From an uncultured cyanobacterium (GTDB lineage Bacteria; Cyanobacteriota; Cyanobacteriia; Phormidesmidales; Phormidesmidaceae): a stretch of DNA of 64,000 nucleotides. The position numbers were made by a program, and so were the translations under genes. Under the pieces are notes generated by a model. The model was not told where the DNA came from. It made no database searches and saw nothing but the letters and a program-made list of their open reading frames with translations. Location: the NCBI GenBank assembly GCA_963793265.1, contig CAWBZI010000006.1, positions 416,001 to 480,000 of the forward strand. Direction: 5' to 3'. The first letter of the stretch is position 1, and each line of letters begins with the position of its first letter. This document shows positions 59,639-64,000 of the stretch, piece by piece.

Positions 59639-60976
59639 GTGATCATGAAACACCTAGTCCGTATCAAACCTATTCTTTTTTGGCTGAGTGGATTAGCAGC
59701 GGTGATTGTTGTAGGCGGCAGCGCGTTTGCCTACTGGCAGCAAAGGCAGAGTGCGATCGCCCTTTCTAGCCAACAAACCACCCTGGTCAAACGCCAAGAC
59801 TTAGCCTCTCAAATTCAGGCCAGCGGTCTTGTGCAAGCAGAGCGCTCCACCAATTTGAGCCCTGAGGGTGCAGGCAAAATCTCAGAGCTGTTCATCCAAG
59901 AGGGCGATACGGTGCGCCAAGGGCAGGTAATTGCGCGGATGGTGAGTCGCCGGAGTCAGGCCGAAGTCGATAGGGCAAAGGCGGCACTGGCCCAAGCTGA
60001 AGCCGACCTGGCTCAAAAGCAGTTTGGTGCTCGTGATGAAGAGATTGTGCAGGCCCGCGCCAGAGTAGACATGGCGCGGGCGGCTATCGATGTAACTGAG
60101 GCCACCTTACGTAAGGCCAACAGCGAGCTAAGCCGGTTTCAACAGCTCGCTAGCGAGGGCGCGGTGTCTGCCAATGAGTTAGAAACCTACCTGAGTACAG
60201 CGCAGCAAGCGAGCGCGAACTTAGCCGCCGATCGGCAACGGCTGAATGAGGCTGAAGCGGCACTAGCGACGTTGCAAAACGGCACCCGCCCCGAAGAAGT
60301 AGCACAGTCTGAGGCAGCAGTTAATCAGGCGGTGGCTCAACTGGCGGCGGTTCAAATAGATCTTGACGACACTGTAGTTCGAGCCCCTTTTGACGGGGTG
60401 ATTACGCAGCGCTTTGCTGAAACGGGCGACTTTGTTACGCCGACGACAGCAGCATCTACGGGCGATGGGGCAGCGTCTACTTCGATTGCTGAACTCTCTA
60501 GTGGGCTAGAGGTAGAGGCGAAGGTACCCGAGGCGAATATTGCCAAACTTCGAGTCAGGCAAACGGCTGAGATTCGGAGCACGGCCTATCCCGATGATGT
60601 ATTTGCAGGCGAGATTAGTTTAATTTCCCCGCGCGCGACGAGAGAGGACAACATTACGGTTTTTCGGGTGAAGGTGAAGCTAACAACAGGCGCAGACCGG
60701 CTGCGGGCTGGAATGACGGTGCGAATGGCTTTTGTGGGTGAGCCGGTCAAAGATGCGCTAGTGATTCCGCTAGCAGCCCTAGTGACTCAGCCGGATGGAG
60801 AAACTGGTGTGTATGTGGAGAGTGCGGCGGTGCCTGTATTTACGCCAGTGAAGGCAGGGCTGACAGCCGGGGCTCAAGTTGAGGTTGTGAGGGGACTGGC
60901 GGAGGGCGATCGCATTTTGCTAGAGCCGCCGCCCGGTGAGATTGTTGAAGGCGTTGATAGTACAGGCGGTTTTTAG
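59639..60976 (+). CDS. Efflux periplasmic adaptor subunit (MacA/DevB-like)
   Basis: N-terminal TM, lipoyl motifs EGD.V..GQ and RAPFDG, long coiled coil. Confidence 0.9.
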   Translation: MIMKHLVRIKPILFWLSGLAAVIVVGGSAFAYWQQRQSAIALSSQQTTLVKRQDLASQIQASGLVQAERSTNLSPEGAGKISELFIQEGDTVRQGQVIARMVSRRSQAEVDRAKAALAQAEADLAQKQFGARDEEIVQARARVDMARAAIDVTEATLRKANSELSRFQQLASEGAVSANELETYLSTAQQASANLAADRQRLNEAEAALATLQNGTRPEEVAQSEAAVNQAVAQLAAVQIDLDDTVVRAPFDGVITQRFAETGDFVTPTTAASTGDGAASTSIAELSSGLEVEAKVPEANIAKLRVRQTAEIRSTAYPDDVFAGEISLISPRATREDNITVFRVKVKLTTGADRLRAGMTVRMAFVGEPVKDALVIPLAALVTQPDGETGVYVESAAVPVFTPVKAGLTAGAQVEVVRGLAEGDRILLEPPPGEIVEGVDSTGGF

Positions 60977-60997
60977 ACATTTTTGGGGCTATACATC

Positions 60998-62203
60998 ATG
61001 AACCTGACCGACAATATTCAGATGGCCGTAAGAACGCTGAGCGCGCATAAGCTCAGGAGCCTGTTGACGATGCTAGGGATTATCATCGGCAATGCCTCGG
61101 TGATTTCGATTGTGGCGCTAGGGCAGGGGGCCAAGCAGTTTACGCAAGATCAGCTAGAGGCACTCGGCCCTAATCAACTGACGATTTATGCAGGCGGAAA
61201 TTTTGAAGACTTTGGCCCCTTAGACGATGAGGCTGTGCTGACGCTAGAAGACGTGGATGCGATCGCCCAACAGGCACCCGCCGTCAAAAAAATCGCACCT
61301 CAAATTAGCAGCCAGCTACAAATGGCCTATGGTAGCCGCTCTAACCAAGCACAGGTGATCGGGACAACGCCTGGAATGCTATACGTACGGAGCTTGCAGG
61401 TTGAAAAAGGCCAGTTCTTACGGTCGTCGGATGTTCTTCAAAACACGCAAACGATTGTTTTGGGCGCATCGTTAGCAACCGATTTTTTTGCGACTGGATC
61501 TGCTTTAGGAAAAATGATTCAGGTCGGCGACTTCAACTTTCAAGTGGTTGGCATTATGGCCGAGAAAGGATCTTTCTTTGGCAGTAACTACGACAATATG
61601 GCCTATGTTCCCATTACAACAATGGCGACTCAGCTTTCTACACGCGCTTCACCTAAAGGTATTCCCATCGATTTTTTAGAGATTTCGGCGCAGGACGCAG
61701 TGAGTATTCGCGCCGCTGCTTTTCAAATCAGCAACATTCTCACCAATCGTCATGGGCGCAAAGACTTCTCTATTTTTGCCAACAAGTCTTTGCAGGATTT
61801 GACTGAGCAGGTGACGACAGGATTGAGTTTGGTACTAGGTGCGATCGCCAGCATCTCTCTTTTAGTCGGCGGCATTGGCGTCATGAATATTATGCTGGTG
61901 TCGGTGAGCGAACGTACGCATGAAATCGGCCTACGTAAGGCCATTGGTGCCACCGAGCGCGTTATCCTCACTCAGTTTCTAATCGAAGCCATTTTACTCT
62001 CAGTCATTGGCGGCTTCATTGGCATTGGCGTCGGTATAAGCGGCGCTTTTGCAATCTCAGCACTAAGTCCGCTAAAGCCGTCTGTTTCAATAGGAGCCAT
62101 TGTTTTAGCGACTGGCGTTTCTGGCACAATCGGGCTGGTGTTTGGTGTGGTTCCAGCCCGGCAGGCGGCTCGGCTAGATCCCATTGTTGCTTTAAGAGGA
62201 TAG
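60998..62203 (+). CDS. ABC transporter permease (MacB/FtsX-like)
   Basis: RSLLTMLGIIIG, GGIGVMNIMLVSV.ERT.EIGLRKAIGA, LDPI.ALR; ATG 60998 preferred over 60983. Confidence 0.92.
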   Translation: MNLTDNIQMAVRTLSAHKLRSLLTMLGIIIGNASVISIVALGQGAKQFTQDQLEALGPNQLTIYAGGNFEDFGPLDDEAVLTLEDVDAIAQQAPAVKKIAPQISSQLQMAYGSRSNQAQVIGTTPGMLYVRSLQVEKGQFLRSSDVLQNTQTIVLGASLATDFFATGSALGKMIQVGDFNFQVVGIMAEKGSFFGSNYDNMAYVPITTMATQLSTRASPKGIPIDFLEISAQDAVSIRAAAFQISNILTNRHGRKDFSIFANKSLQDLTEQVTTGLSLVLGAIASISLLVGGIGVMNIMLVSVSERTHEIGLRKAIGATERVILTQFLIEAILLSVIGGFIGIGVGISGAFAISALSPLKPSVSIGAIVLATGVSGTIGLVFGVVPARQAARLDPIVALRG

Positions 62204-62211
62204 TAAGGCGA

Positions 62212-63825
62212 TTGGATATTATTTGGCTATTAGTAAAATCATCGTGGCTGCGAGTGGTGATTGCGATCGCTTCTGGTCTTATCAGCGGCGGCTGTAGCGC
62301 TCGATTAATTGCTCTTATTAATACGGTACTGTCTAACTCGACCCAAGCGGCTGTTTCGCACTCTTCAGCAGTATTCTTTGGAACGTTAGTTGTGCTAGCG
62401 CTAATTGCAAGTACAGTATCGCAGTTTTTACTCATAGATCTCTCACAAGATGCAGTGTACAAGTTACGCCTACAGCTATCTCAGCGAATTTTATCTGCGC
62501 CTTTGCAGCAGTTAGAACAGATTGGGCCAAGCCAGCTTTTAGCCGTTTTAACCAAAGACGTGCAGTCTATTTCTAATACGGTGTTTGTAATTCCGACACT
62601 GTGTATCAATATAGCTGTAGTTGCAGGCTGCTTGATCTATCTAGGCTGGCTGTCCGGCTGGGCGCTGGTGGCAGTAGCAGCATTTTTAGCGGTTGCGATC
62701 ACCCTTGTTCAGCTCTTAATCACCGCCGCCTACCGCTACATCGACCTAGCCCGCACGGAAATAGGCCGATTGTTTGAGCTGTTTCGTGGGGTCACCGAGG
62801 GCACTAAAGAGCTAAAGCTAAATTCTGCTCGGCGGCAGATGTTCTTTGAGGAAGATTTGCAGGTGAGTGCGATCGCTTCTCGAAAATACATGAAAACCGC
62901 CTCTAAAATCGGCGCACTAGCAAGCAGCAGCGGTCAGCTCCTATTCTTCGTATTAATTGGCCTACTGTTATTCGCTGCTAGCTCAGTCATTCCAAAGATT
63001 CAACCCATCCTGCCTGCATACATTCTTACGATCACCTACGTGATTGGCCCCATAGAAAGCATTATTGATCGCCTACCCAACCTAGTAGAGGCCAATGTCT
63101 CCATTCAAAAGATAAACGAGATGGGCCTGTCGTTAATTGGCTCAGCAGAAATGAATTCTGTTACGCGCAGATCGATAGCATCGGACTGGAAAACGCTCGA
63201 ACTTATCAACGTTGTGCATACTTACAAAAGCAAAAATGACGATAGCACTTTTACCGTAGGCCCAATTAATCTAATGATAAAGTCAGGAGAGCTAGTCTTT
63301 ATCGTAGGCGGTAACGGCAGTGGTAAGTCTACGCTCGCAAAGCTTATTGCTGGCCTATACACGCCAGATTCCGGGCGGCTTCAACTAGACGGAAATCCTA
63401 TTGTAGAGACGAACTTAGAATGGTACCGACAGCTATTCTCTACCGTTTTCTCAGACTTTTATCTCTTTGAGCGGTTGATAAGTACTGAAGATATTACGCT
63501 TGATTCTCAAGCGCAGATGTATTTAGAGAAATTGCAGCTCGATAAAAAAGTCTCTGTAAAAAATGGACAGCTTTCAACAACCGCACTTTCTCAAGGTCAG
63601 CGAAAACGCTTGGCCCTGCTAAGCGCCTATTTAGAAGATCGCTCAATCTATCTGTTTGACGAATGGGCTGCCGATCAAGATCCTATGTTCAGAGAGATCT
63701 TTTACACTCAGCTACTGCCTGAGCTGAAACAGCGTGGCAAAACAGTGATAGCCATTAGCCACGACGACCGCTACTTTGACCGGGGCGATCGCCTCATCAA
63801 GCTAGACTATGGACGTATTGAATAA
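62212..63825 (+). CDS. Cyclic peptide export ABC transporter (SyrD/PvdE/YojI type)
   Basis: G.KELKLN, GGNGSGKST, LSQGQRKRLAL, FDEWAADQDP, ISHDDRYF. Confidence 0.92.
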   Translation: MDIIWLLVKSSWLRVVIAIASGLISGGCSARLIALINTVLSNSTQAAVSHSSAVFFGTLVVLALIASTVSQFLLIDLSQDAVYKLRLQLSQRILSAPLQQLEQIGPSQLLAVLTKDVQSISNTVFVIPTLCINIAVVAGCLIYLGWLSGWALVAVAAFLAVAITLVQLLITAAYRYIDLARTEIGRLFELFRGVTEGTKELKLNSARRQMFFEEDLQVSAIASRKYMKTASKIGALASSSGQLLFFVLIGLLLFAASSVIPKIQPILPAYILTITYVIGPIESIIDRLPNLVEANVSIQKINEMGLSLIGSAEMNSVTRRSIASDWKTLELINVVHTYKSKNDDSTFTVGPINLMIKSGELVFIVGGNGSGKSTLAKLIAGLYTPDSGRLQLDGNPIVETNLEWYRQLFSTVFSDFYLFERLISTEDITLDSQAQMYLEKLQLDKKVSVKNGQLSTTALSQGQRKRLALLSAYLEDRSIYLFDEWAADQDPMFREIFYTQLLPELKQRGKTVIAISHDDRYFDRGDRLIKLDYGRIE

Positions 63826-64000
63826 GAAGCTGAAAGCATTGCTAAACCCACTGTGTTACTTCTCAAATTGACACGCCAACTTTAATGTCATTTGCTCACC
63901 TACGATATCCCTTATAGATATGTATATTTCGCGTTTTGCTGGTCGGAGTAGTAGCTATGGTTTGGGTGATTGTCTATACCGCTGTGCCTCTAGCCATCCT

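Overview
This is cyanobacterial chromosomal DNA: the HIP1 octamer GCGATCGC is very frequent, the tmRNA tag is ANDIVPFARKRALVAAA, and pmgA, bciB and mcdAB are present. A Leptolyngbyaceae/Phormidesmis-like host is my inference. Bases ~1-34,000 are mostly core genes: a Na+/H+ antiporter, fibrillin, mraY, tmRNA, cimA, the McdAB carboxysome-positioning pair, asnS and nei (each broken by one extra base), a two-component cluster, bciB and trhO. This part is interrupted by one TnpB-only IS200/IS605 element (30325-31699) with IS608-type ends and an intact RuvC triad. Bases ~34,100-52,450 are rich in defence/conflict genes. In order: an ATPase plus STAND-WD40 pair, an orphan type I-D-like CRISPR array (11 identical repeats, 10 spacers) whose last repeat abuts the C-terminal remnant of a tyrosine integrase, a type II R-M pair, decayed HNH and toxin-antitoxin modules, a small gene with a structured leader, a triple AIM24 + M48 operon, a 5'-truncated HEAT-repeat/metallophosphoesterase gene and a small-protein + PIN pair. 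The right end holds ureE/ureF, a sigma-like factor / DUF1822 / membrane CHAT protease / CPBP protease operon (my best candidate for an undescribed system), an APH-like kinase and a MacA/MacB-like + cyclic-peptide exporter operon. All calls come from motif reading only; no database searches were run.
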